Part shown: in pieces, positions 26,787 through 35,620 of the stretch
Numbering within the stretch: position 1 is the first letter of the stretch
How the letters are laid out: each line of letters begins with the position of its first letter
Origin: a virus
Taxonomy: Duplodnaviria; Caudoviricetes
Virus record (IMG/VR): IMGVR_UViG_3300014205_000183
DNA: 64,000 nucleotides
Strand: one strand, 5' to 3'
The notes under the pieces: model-generated
What the model was told of the DNA's origin: nothing
Seen by the model: only the letters and a program-made list of their open reading frames with translations
Database searches by the model: none
Program-made: the position numbers and the translations under genes

Positions 26787-26815
26787 AATATAGCACATGA
26801 AATATGGAATGTCAA
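26787..26815 (-). promoter_or_regulatory. Promoter of the leader/tRNA operon
   Basis: TTGACA-17-TATATT with extended -10 TGn. Confidence 0.8.
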
Positions 26816-26876
26816 TAGTTTTTTTTATTAAATCGTAAAATAAATTTATTACTTATTTTATTTTGTTATTTTTATG

Positions 26877-26906
26877 TTGACTTTTAATATTTGCATAGAG
26901 TATACT
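26877..26906 (+). promoter_or_regulatory. Divergent sigma70-type promoter
   Basis: TTGACT-18-TATACT. Confidence 0.6.
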
Positions 26907-26938
26907 ATAAAGGTAAACAATTTAAAAGGAGGCTCGTA

Positions 26939-27382
26939 ATGGCAGATATAATGATACCGTATAGAAATCAAATCATAAGACACGATCGCAGTTTGGATAA
27001 ATTTTATATCCTTAAGTCAAACATCATATCGCGCACAGGAGGATTTGACAGCCTAACAGAGGCACTTGATTACATTAAGGAAATAAAACGCAAGCCACTT
27101 AACATCCCAGTTGCCATTGTTGAGTATCATGGGAGCAAGGTAGTTAGAGGCCTCGTACAAGAGCATAGAAATGGATGGGTAACTGTGCGGGTGAATCCCG
27201 AGAGAGAAATCACTACAATACTGGAAAACGTATATCTGGATAATGAAACTAACCGTGAACAACTAAATTTACTGGATTGGGCATATACGATTATTAACGC
27301 TAACGCTCAAGAAATACCCAGCATGCGTAAGAAATTGGTACCTTTCACGCCAACAACTAAAAAAAGTAAAAAAGCATTATAA
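26939..27382 (+). CDS. Hypothetical protein, paralog of the next gene
   Basis: AGGAGG RBS before ATG at 26939; GGF..L..ALDYI...PV...NVYLD shared with 27394-27837. Confidence 0.65.
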   Translation: MADIMIPYRNQIIRHDRSLDKFYILKSNIISRTGGFDSLTEALDYIKEIKRKPLNIPVAIVEYHGSKVVRGLVQEHRNGWVTVRVNPEREITTILENVYLDNETNREQLNLLDWAYTIINANAQEIPSMRKKLVPFTPTTKKSKKAL

Positions 27383-27393
27383 GGAGGTTCATA

Positions 27394-27837
27394 ATGTCAG
27401 AAATAGAAATCCCTCACAAAAAACACACGATCAAATATAACCGGCATATTGAGTCATTTCAGGTGTACTCTGATAAAACTGGTAAGAGGATAGGTGGCTT
27501 CAAGAAGCTACACACAGCTATAGACTATATTGACTCCCTCAGCCACAAGACAACGAACACCCCGGTTGTAGTCATATTTAACGATCGTTATAAAGCTATG
27601 AGAGGCGTCGCAAAAAAATACAGTAGAGGGGTTGTGACTGTCGCTTTAGAAGGCGCACAAAAAGTCAATGTTAATGCGTCTTGTGTATATTTAGACGATG
27701 ACAGTAATCACGATGAATTACAGTTCCTAGACAAGGTGTATGATGTCATCCACGTTAATCTGGCTACTGTGGATAAAATCAAAGCATATCTGACTCCTTT
27801 TAAGGCCACACACCGTGCCGTGGCCAGAGGTAAGTAA
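27394..27837 (+). CDS. Hypothetical protein, paralog of the previous gene
   Basis: AGGAGG RBS, shared motifs. Confidence 0.65.
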   Translation: MSEIEIPHKKHTIKYNRHIESFQVYSDKTGKRIGGFKKLHTAIDYIDSLSHKTTNTPVVVIFNDRYKAMRGVAKKYSRGVVTVALEGAQKVNVNASCVYLDDDSNHDELQFLDKVYDVIHVNLATVDKIKAYLTPFKATHRAVARGK

Positions 27838-28361
27838 TGGCAACATATACTCCGATTAATTTACCAGAAATGCAAGAACTGCTTAAAGTAGAGAAAGGTT
27901 GGGTCCTGGTGGAGCCGCCCGGCGCTGAATGTTACTTTGACTTTATACCCAAAAAATTAGCGGCGCTTCAAAGGCCACCCATAAAAAACCTAAAGGCTTC
28001 TGTAAAACCTCAGCAAGAGGTCACGGCCATAACTATTAGAGTGTACAGCACTATCGTGCATGGAGCTTCCAGAAGCTGCGGCACAGATGCTATTAGAGTT
28101 TGTATTGTAGCAGCCATTACTAACAAGGATGCGGGAATTCTTAAAGGCATTCAAAGTTTTAAACGAGTACACCGCACCCAGAATTGGCGAGAAAATCTAA
28201 CTGCGCGGGTAACCGAGGCATACGACTGGGCTAATAATAATATTCGATTCTGCCCAGACTGCGGGTCTGTATTAACGGTGCGACTTAGTAACCAAGGTAA
28301 GCAGTTCTTCGGCTGCATACAATACCCACAATGTAAACACACAGAATCTATGAGGAAATAA
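27837..28361 (+). CDS. Protein with C-terminal topoisomerase C4 Zn ribbon
   Basis: CPDCGSVLTVR...GKQFFGCIQYPQCKHT. Confidence 0.75.
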   Translation: MATYTPINLPEMQELLKVEKGWVLVEPPGAECYFDFIPKKLAALQRPPIKNLKASVKPQQEVTAITIRVYSTIVHGASRSCGTDAIRVCIVAAITNKDAGILKGIQSFKRVHRTQNWRENLTARVTEAYDWANNNIRFCPDCGSVLTVRLSNQGKQFFGCIQYPQCKHTESMRK

Positions 28362-28363
28362 CA

Positions 28364-29198
28364 ATGGGACTTAATCTAAGCATAGATAACATATTTAAGC
28401 AGGCGTTAAATCGTGCCTGTAGAACGACTGCCTTAAAACAGGTTGGGGCACCCGCAGAGATCGTCGAGAGTGCCAGTCGCTTACTGTCAGACTCTGTCGC
28501 AGCTGCCCGGGTGCTAACTTCCATCATAATGGCAGATATGAAGGCCCAGGCCATATATGCAATTAAACATAGTAACCCCTGCTGTTATTGCGGACATCAT
28601 CAAGAAAAGCATCCTGGTATGGATATAGAAAACACTGACAGCTATGAATTCATATGCTATAAAGGGCATGAAATCCACAGTGATGAGGCAATAATGGAGA
28701 AATCTGAGGGTTGCCTGGATTACACTCCTGAAGGGGCTATTTTAGACCGTGGGCACATTAAAGGTGAACTCGAGCGAGAAGAACAATATCACTCAGAAAC
28801 CTCTGCTGCCAGGGCATTCAGGGCCATAGGTCAAGCAATGGTGGATATGGCAAATAAAGAACTCGGAGAGTAATAAGATGGTAACCTTTAAAAACGAATT
28901 TACAAGAAGGCTTACCGCTATAGGGTTATATAAGCCTTTATCCGAAATAAAAGGTGTTGCTCTTGATCTATTTAAGGATATGGTCTCCGAGTTAAACCTC
29001 ACAAATATTGATTTTAATAAAGTTAATTTTATAGTACCTGAAATGCGCACCATCGTTTTAAAAGGTAATGAGGAATTAGGCAGATACCCCTGTTATCAAT
29101 GTGTGCCCGGGTGTCAAGTTTATCACACTGTGTATATGGATAAAATATTTGATATGTTACTTCCTGATGTAAATCAGAATTTTAAGGAGGCAGTATGA
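28364..29198 (+). CDS. Two hypothetical genes (28364-28873, 28878-29198)
   Basis: Co-oriented ORFs with RBS. Confidence 0.55.
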
Positions 29199-30832
29199 AG
29201 TGGTTTCTTCGCTTAAGACAGAGATTAGCTGATCTAATTAAACCAGAACCTGAACAGCTAATTCAAATAGAACCTGCGGAAACGGAAATTGATGTAACCT
29301 TGAAAGACGCGCAGTATGCTGATAAATGTATAAAAGAATTACAGCAAATGTCACCTGGAAACGCTGCGACGTCCGCAGAAACCTTGACGGAAAGCACAAT
29401 ACAACAAAATGCTGAAGGACCTACCAGCGAATCTAAAACAAAAAGGGAAAAAAAGAAAGCAGACCCAAATCAACAAAACTTATTTGAACCTCATGACGAA
29501 GAAGCCGCCCAAAAAGAAAGACGAGCAAAAACTCATAAAAATGCCTGGGATACATTTGCTGCGGCGGTTAACAATAAAGATATTGCACTCATTGAAGATT
29601 CCCCAGACGAGCAGATAAATAAGGTAAAGAGTATCAATGCAATAAAACCAGGAGATCTACTAAAAAATATAGTCACCCCCAAAAAACCTAGTGCGGATGC
29701 TACTCCGCCAATACCCATTACTGTTGACAAGGAAGAACAAAATAAAGAAGAAAATAAGATATCCACAAACTGTCGTAAGTGGTCTATCAAATGGCTAGCC
29801 AATAACAATGAAGGATGCATAGCTAATAAACAAATACCTCTCAAATATGCAATTATACATGTATCAGAAACGAGTATCACCATCACCCACAAATTGTACA
29901 CCCTATTTTTTAAAAATACGGACGGGCGATTTAATGTTTACTTGACCGACGACAAACAAGTTTTAAAAATAGCGCCCAATATAATGGGTAGGTTCAAATG
30001 GCTTAAAAAAGAGAAGAGACGTAAGTATGTCCATAATATATCTATATCGTCACGTGGGTTAATATCACATATAGTCCCAGGTACTGGTTATGTGCCTGAA
30101 GAAATTGAAAACCAGTTAGTTGTTAAATTGGTATTAAAAAACCCAGTAAGAGACTCGATAGTCCAAGAAGAAGAAGAAGAAGAAGAACAACCTAAGCCAA
30201 TAGTATCCTCGTCAACGGAGGTCATGACACAAAGACCGGCAGTAAAAACAGTATTCACACCCGAAGTGTCGGTAATGCCCCCATCTAAGGCATACCCTAC
30301 AACTACAGAAGAAACTGTTATACCCCCACCTCCCCAATGTGAGCCAGAAAGATCTAAAAACCACGGTTGGGATAAGCCATATGTACCCCCCACAACAATA
30401 AAAAATAACGAACCAGTCAGCACAAACACCACAAGCACACCAGCTAAGGAAGCTGAGACCACGGTAGTAGCTGCGTATGCACCAAAACTAGATCCTGTAA
30501 CTAAACGAGTTGTGCATCTCACAAAATGCGAGGCATATAATCAAGATACACCTCTAAACCCCTTGCAACTTGAGATCGTGCGTGGGCATCCTGAATTTCA
30601 AGCATTTATAGAATGCTACCCAAAAAAAGAGGATATAGAGCCTGCGTTAAGGGAATGGAATAAACTGATTAAAAATAAGGGTAAGGATGCTGCTATTATA
30701 CTGTTACAAACTATCCTACCTATATTAGCAAAACAAAATGCGTCTATCTCCTGGAATGAAGCCTTTCCTAAATATATAAAATCTCCTAAAAGCTATTTAG
30801 CAGATAAGCTCTGGACAAACACAGTAAGGTAA
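29195..30832 (+). CDS. Large low-complexity hypothetical protein; C-terminus resembles phage replication-organiser domains
   Basis: 545 aa; FIECYPKK...W.KL...YIKSPKSYL...W tail. Confidence 0.5.
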   Translation: MKWFLRLRQRLADLIKPEPEQLIQIEPAETEIDVTLKDAQYADKCIKELQQMSPGNAATSAETLTESTIQQNAEGPTSESKTKREKKKADPNQQNLFEPHDEEAAQKERRAKTHKNAWDTFAAAVNNKDIALIEDSPDEQINKVKSINAIKPGDLLKNIVTPKKPSADATPPIPITVDKEEQNKEENKISTNCRKWSIKWLANNNEGCIANKQIPLKYAIIHVSETSITITHKLYTLFFKNTDGRFNVYLTDDKQVLKIAPNIMGRFKWLKKEKRRKYVHNISISSRGLISHIVPGTGYVPEEIENQLVVKLVLKNPVRDSIVQEEEEEEEQPKPIVSSSTEVMTQRPAVKTVFTPEVSVMPPSKAYPTTTEETVIPPPPQCEPERSKNHGWDKPYVPPTTIKNNEPVSTNTTSTPAKEAETTVVAAYAPKLDPVTKRVVHLTKCEAYNQDTPLNPLQLEIVRGHPEFQAFIECYPKKEDIEPALREWNKLIKNKGKDAAIILLQTILPILAKQNASISWNEAFPKYIKSPKSYLADKLWTNTVR

Positions 30833-31040
30833 GCATGGAATTCTTTAATCACACACAAAAACAGTATATCCAAGATGTAGTTACGCTGCCTATGCGGGAC
30901 TTCTTGCAGAAGCACCTTAAGTTAACCAAAACACAACGAGGATGCCCTAAACTTAAATTACGTATTCAACTGGCTATTGCAGATGCTCTGGCCACAGAAG
31001 AAGCCCGACAAGAACAACAGAACAGATAAAGGAAAATAGT

Positions 31041-31913
31041 ATGAAAGATAAATTTACAGCTAAATGGATCATGGAAGTTGGTATCCCTATTGTGGAATCC
31101 TATGGGGGCAATATCACACTACGCGCCCTACACTACCAGCTTGTAGCTTTAGGTATGACTAATGATGTATCCCACTATAAGAAAGTTGTTTCTGCGATGA
31201 TAACCGCCCGCTGGGAAGGTCGCGTGGCTTTTGATGCCTTCTTAGACCATGAACGTGGCTCCATAGGTACCACTGAGTACGAGCAAACCAATGTGAAAGA
31301 TTCCGCGGATACCGCCAAAAAGCAGATCCAAGCATGGGCAACCAGCTACAGAAAGAATCGCTGGGAAAATCAGCCGATATATCCTGAAGTTTTTATCGAA
31401 AAAAAGGCACTACAAGGCGTGTTCTCGGCCCCTTGTAAGTCCTGGGACGTGGCACTCAACCCTTGCAAAGGTTACCCATCCTTAACCTTCTTGTATGATT
31501 GTAAAAAACGTTTTGATACCGCTATAGATTTGAAAAAAACTCCTATTATTCTATACTTTGGTGATTATGATTGTTCGGGAGAAGATATTCCTCGAAGCAT
31601 TGCCAATACCCTCGACAGAATGGGCACACCTGTAGAGGTGCGACGTATTGCACTAATGGAAGAACAGGTTGTCGCCTGGAAACTCCCGCCGGCCCCCACA
31701 AAAACACAAGATACTAGAAGCCATAACTGGTCAGGGTTAGGGCAAGTAGAGTTAGATGCTGTAGAACCCAGGAAAATAGTAAAACTATGTGAAGAAGCTC
31801 TTGAAGGTATTTTTGATGCAGATCTGTATGCGGATCTATTGGAGTTAGAGTTGACTGAAAAGAATGCATTTAAAAAGATCTTAAAAAAAGATTTTAAGTC
31901 ATTACTTGATTAA
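31041..31913 (+). CDS. Topo VI-A / JetD-like Toprim protein
   Basis: TLRALHYQL, VFIEKKAL, KGYPS, LYFGDYDCSGEDI, ELDAV. Confidence 0.75.
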   Translation: MKDKFTAKWIMEVGIPIVESYGGNITLRALHYQLVALGMTNDVSHYKKVVSAMITARWEGRVAFDAFLDHERGSIGTTEYEQTNVKDSADTAKKQIQAWATSYRKNRWENQPIYPEVFIEKKALQGVFSAPCKSWDVALNPCKGYPSLTFLYDCKKRFDTAIDLKKTPIILYFGDYDCSGEDIPRSIANTLDRMGTPVEVRRIALMEEQVVAWKLPPAPTKTQDTRSHNWSGLGQVELDAVEPRKIVKLCEEALEGIFDADLYADLLELELTEKNAFKKILKKDFKSLLD

Positions 31914-31927
31914 AGAGGATAATAGCT

Positions 31928-32242
31928 ATGGCTGATGGATTAAGAGGTAGGTTGTACTATGTACAAGATTCTCGCAGTTATGTCGGAAATGATGTTCTAT
32001 GGTGGGGCCGCAATAGCGCGGGCTACACCACCAATATTGATGAGGCCGAGGTGTATACTGATTTAGAGATAGGCACCTTCAGGGATACCGATATTCCCTG
32101 GCCATTTGATTACATCAATCGCATTGCCCGACGAGCGGTAGACCACCAAAAACTGGAAAGACGCATGAGTCCTGCGCTTAATAAGCTGGATAATAAAACG
32201 GTAAAACTAAATAAAGCAGATACCAAAAAGAGGCAAAGATAA
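31928..32242 (+). CDS. Conserved phage hypothetical protein
   Basis: QDSRSYVGNDVLWW..GYTT...DIPWP. Confidence 0.65.
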   Translation: MADGLRGRLYYVQDSRSYVGNDVLWWGRNSAGYTTNIDEAEVYTDLEIGTFRDTDIPWPFDYINRIARRAVDHQKLERRMSPALNKLDNKTVKLNKADTKKRQR

Positions 32243-32835
32243 TGGAGAAGGTGTCTTTACCAGATATGGAGCAGGGGCAATGGCGAGTTGAGAAATTTAC
32301 CACCGTCAAAATCTGCTGGGCATCCGAGAAAGCTGGGCGGCATGTACCGGTAGGACAAACCTTTACTCGACTATTATTTGACGGACAGCTCCTCATGTCA
32401 GACACTCCAGCAGAACAGAACGATCATCGTCTACCTATAATAAAAGCTACAGGGGACTGTATGCTGCATGGACTGGGTTTAGGCCTCGTCTTAAAAAACA
32501 TATTATTGAAACCCGAAGTACAAACAGTCACAGTTATTGAGTCCAGTCAGACTCTGATAGACTTAATTGCACCGCATTACTCAGACCCCCGGGTAGTATT
32601 TATCAATGCTGATGCCTTGACTTATAAACCTCCCAAATGTCAAAGATACCACATGGTATGGTCTGATATCTGGCCAACGATAACAATGGATAATCTTAAA
32701 ACCATGGGTATTTTGCACCGAAAATACGGTAAGCGTGCTGATTGGCATGGCTGCTGGTGTCATTATGAATGCCTACGCTTAAAACGTAAGCATAACGAAC
32801 GGATTAACTTTTTACGTCAGATAGGACTAGAGTAA
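32242..32835 (+). CDS. SAM-dependent methyltransferase, spermidine-synthase-like fold
   Basis: LMSDTPAE, HGLGLG, VTVIE, ADA, DIW. Confidence 0.75.
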   Translation: MEKVSLPDMEQGQWRVEKFTTVKICWASEKAGRHVPVGQTFTRLLFDGQLLMSDTPAEQNDHRLPIIKATGDCMLHGLGLGLVLKNILLKPEVQTVTVIESSQTLIDLIAPHYSDPRVVFINADALTYKPPKCQRYHMVWSDIWPTITMDNLKTMGILHRKYGKRADWHGCWCHYECLRLKRKHNERINFLRQIGLE

Positions 32836-32846
32836 TTAATATGAAC

Positions 32847-33795
32847 GAATTATTAGAAGATGATTGCCCACCTTGGTGAAAGACGCAGACACAATAAATA
32901 TTAACTTTATGAGGTGAACACATGTTAACAAATACAGGCATAAAACCCCACCATAGTGGAGACTATTTAGACTATTTACTTAAAGATCACACTCCCCAAC
33001 TACAACAAGGAAAGTTTACATACAGTTGCTGCGGAAGACTAGCCCAGGAAGGTATCAACCAGTGGCCACAAGAAGCTAGCTGCCCCGTCTGCGTAGCGAA
33101 GGTATCTTTTATTGGTGTGGGTGGTTATCGCACATATGAGCGAGATGGTGACGGTTGGAGAGACGACGCGGCCTGGTGGTCAGAAGTACTGGACCCCAAA
33201 ACATTCCCAAGCACTCGAGACCTTTTAAACTATATCCATATTGGACGACATCAGGAATGGTTCCGACTATTCAAACAAGTATGTGCAGAAATAACAGACA
33301 CAAAATCTAACTGGTGTAATCTTAACGACTATGCAAATTATAAAAAACTCAAGGAAAATAAAAATCGCGGTCAAGAGTGGGAATATAAGGCGGTCGCGCT
33401 ATTGGAAAAACTATTAATCATAGAGCCGCAATTAATAGGCGAGCAAACCAAGGTAAAACCTTACAAAGTAACACATAAAAAAGATGTTAACTGGTCTCTT
33501 CAGGCCTACTATGATGCACACATGCAGCTACTATCTTTACTAAATCAATATACAGTTTTCACACAAGCTCCTCTGGATGCCAAAATTACTGTAGTAGAGC
33601 TATCAGAGGATGCCCTGTTACTGTTGGATGAAATGGATATTCGAGAATCGTTCTTATGGGTGATTTTAAGTAATCAACAAAAAATAAACCAAGTCTTATT
33701 TAACACAATGCAAACTGTGATAGAACACATGCGCCGAGCCGGTATGGAGTTAATAGGATGAGTGAATTATTAGAAGATGATTGCCCACCTTGGTG
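32847..33795 (+). repeat. 32-bp perfect direct repeat (32847-32878 and 33764-33795) flanking the 32922-33761 gene
   Basis: GAATTATTAGAAGATGATTGCCCACCTTGGTG occurs twice. Confidence 0.9.
32922..33761 (+). CDS. Hypothetical protein
   Basis: 279 aa, GAGG RBS. Confidence 0.65.
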   Translation: MLTNTGIKPHHSGDYLDYLLKDHTPQLQQGKFTYSCCGRLAQEGINQWPQEASCPVCVAKVSFIGVGGYRTYERDGDGWRDDAAWWSEVLDPKTFPSTRDLLNYIHIGRHQEWFRLFKQVCAEITDTKSNWCNLNDYANYKKLKENKNRGQEWEYKAVALLEKLLIIEPQLIGEQTKVKPYKVTHKKDVNWSLQAYYDAHMQLLSLLNQYTVFTQAPLDAKITVVELSEDALLLLDEMDIRESFLWVILSNQQKINQVLFNTMQTVIEHMRRAGMELIG

Positions 33796-35158
33796 TAAGG
33801 GTCACGGCAAACCAGAGTATATACTATGTGCTGCAAACCATTACGACGATGGACTCAAATATGACCACCAACCAAGAAACATACAGCAAGGGTTCGTTAT
33901 TACGGGAAGGCGTCATCACAACTGCATATTGACATTCTCAGTTATAGCTAAATTAAAAGACCCTGAAGGAATGAAAAAACTACCTTGTATACAAGGGTTC
34001 TTAACTAGCAAAGATAGATTCTTAAATAGACAAGATAGCTATGATCTGGCCATCACATGTGGCCAACTTAAAGGTGAAGCAATTAAAAAAGTACGCACAG
34101 TGTTAATGAGTGAAGACTTATGGTAAGGAGATTTCATGGGTAAACTAAAAAAAGAAACAGCAACCTGCCGAAAGTGTAAAAATGTACTACACTTCGCGCA
34201 ATTTCAAGGTATGCGGATTATTGAAGATGGCTTGTTAGCTGCGCGATGCATCATCTGTGGCGCACATTATACGATGCCCCCTGCACCCCCGAACGAAAAA
34301 GAGGAGGGTATAAAATCTAAGTCATGGGCACAAGGAGATAAACGTGTAAACGCTTATATGCCTCCCATAACCAGGGCACTAAACGCTGCGGGCTTAACTG
34401 AATTTGATGCTCGCCGAAAGGGAGTATATAATGCATGCTACCAAGCGGTATTCAAAGCAATAAGAGACTATACAGGAGATATAGGATGAGACATAACTTT
34501 GCAGATAAAAAATACACCGTTGTATTTGACGAAGAGACAGCTTTATTTGAAGCACTTCGACATGGGGAACCTTGGCGAGACTTATGCGGTGACGGGCTAA
34601 TCTTAGCCATGCTACAAGAAGTGGATCATCTCAAAGAACAATTAGCGGCGGCCAATGCCTGGATACCTTGTGCAGACAGACTACCAGAAGCAGATGGTGA
34701 ATATATTGCACACTATAAGTGGTCGGACAAAAGTCCCTTCGCAGCGTTCAACGACAGCGCCCAGGCTAATAACTGTGTACTGGCAATATTTAGAAATGGA
34801 CATTGGCAGACTGATACCCGGCGCATCACACACTGGCGAGCAAAACCAACACCTCCACCAAGGAGCACAAATGAAACTGGTAATTGAGATAGAAACTAAA
34901 AATCAAAAAATTATTCTACAGGAACTACAAGATATCTATATACAAGTTAAGCAGGAACTAGCATCTCCTGCCTGCAAAGGTTGTAAGGCTTGTAAGGACC
35001 CTAAAAAAGGTTGTATCGTAGGAGGAGGTAACTCTGAACCCCGCGTGGCGCTGGAATCTAGGTGGCAGCTTTCTCGAAAATATATAGAACACAAGAAAAT
35101 ATGTACGTCGAAAAATAAAAAACCAGGGGTGGTAGTATACACTATATATACTAGTTGA
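33758..35158 (+). CDS. Run of hypothetical genes (33758-34126, 34136-34489, ~34486-34887 DUF551-like, ~34871-35158)
   Basis: Coupled ORFs; WIPCADRLPE...ITHW motif in the third. Confidence 0.55.
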
Positions 35159-35183
35159 CATTTGCTGCATATTGATTATATTA
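35155..35183 (+). promoter_or_regulatory. tmRNA promoter
   Basis: TTGACA-17-TATATT. Confidence 0.7.
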
Positions 35184-35212
35184 TAATCTGACTGCTATTT
35201 GAAATAATTGAC

Positions 35213-35563
35213 GTGGGCGCATTGGTTTCGACTGGTAAGGGAGATCAGGGCTTGCATGCAGAGGATGATAGTTGGCCTCTTTAATCACTCTATTAAGTAA
35301 TAACTAACAACGATAAAGTTGTTTCTTTGGCTATACGCCAGAGCGCAGCGATTGAAGCCTGCTTCATGGCTTCTCTTGCCAGTGTAAAAGCAAATGAAGA
35401 ATTCCGCGCAGCTGCCTAAGCTCGTGTAGGTCTTATCAAATAGTGCTGCTGAGGGTCAGGTTTTGTCCGAAACACCACCTCAGAGTAAGCTAAGAATCGG
35501 AATAAGCATGTAGAAGTTTTGGTTAAAGTTAACAGGACGCGAGTTCGATTCTCGCCGCCTACA
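35213..35563 (+). ncRNA. ssrA: tmRNA
   Basis: GTGGGCG/CGCCTAC acceptor with G3:U70, GGTTTCGAC, GCATG helix, ATAACT resume context, tag ending AAA*, GGACGCGAGTTCGATTCTCGC T arm. Confidence 0.92.
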
Positions 35564-35575
35564 TTTTTCTCATTA

Positions 35576-35620
35576 GCCTGGGCTGCCTAAGTAAACAATA
35601 AGCAGCTTCCAGGCTTTTTT
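35576..35620 (+). terminator. Intrinsic terminator after tmRNA
   Basis: GCCTGG.GCTGC...GCAGC..CCAGGC followed by a T tract. Confidence 0.7.

Noticed and set aside
30162-30190. GAA microsatellite as a phase-variation tract
   Set aside because: It is an in-frame triplet run encoding poly-Glu in a low-complexity linker.
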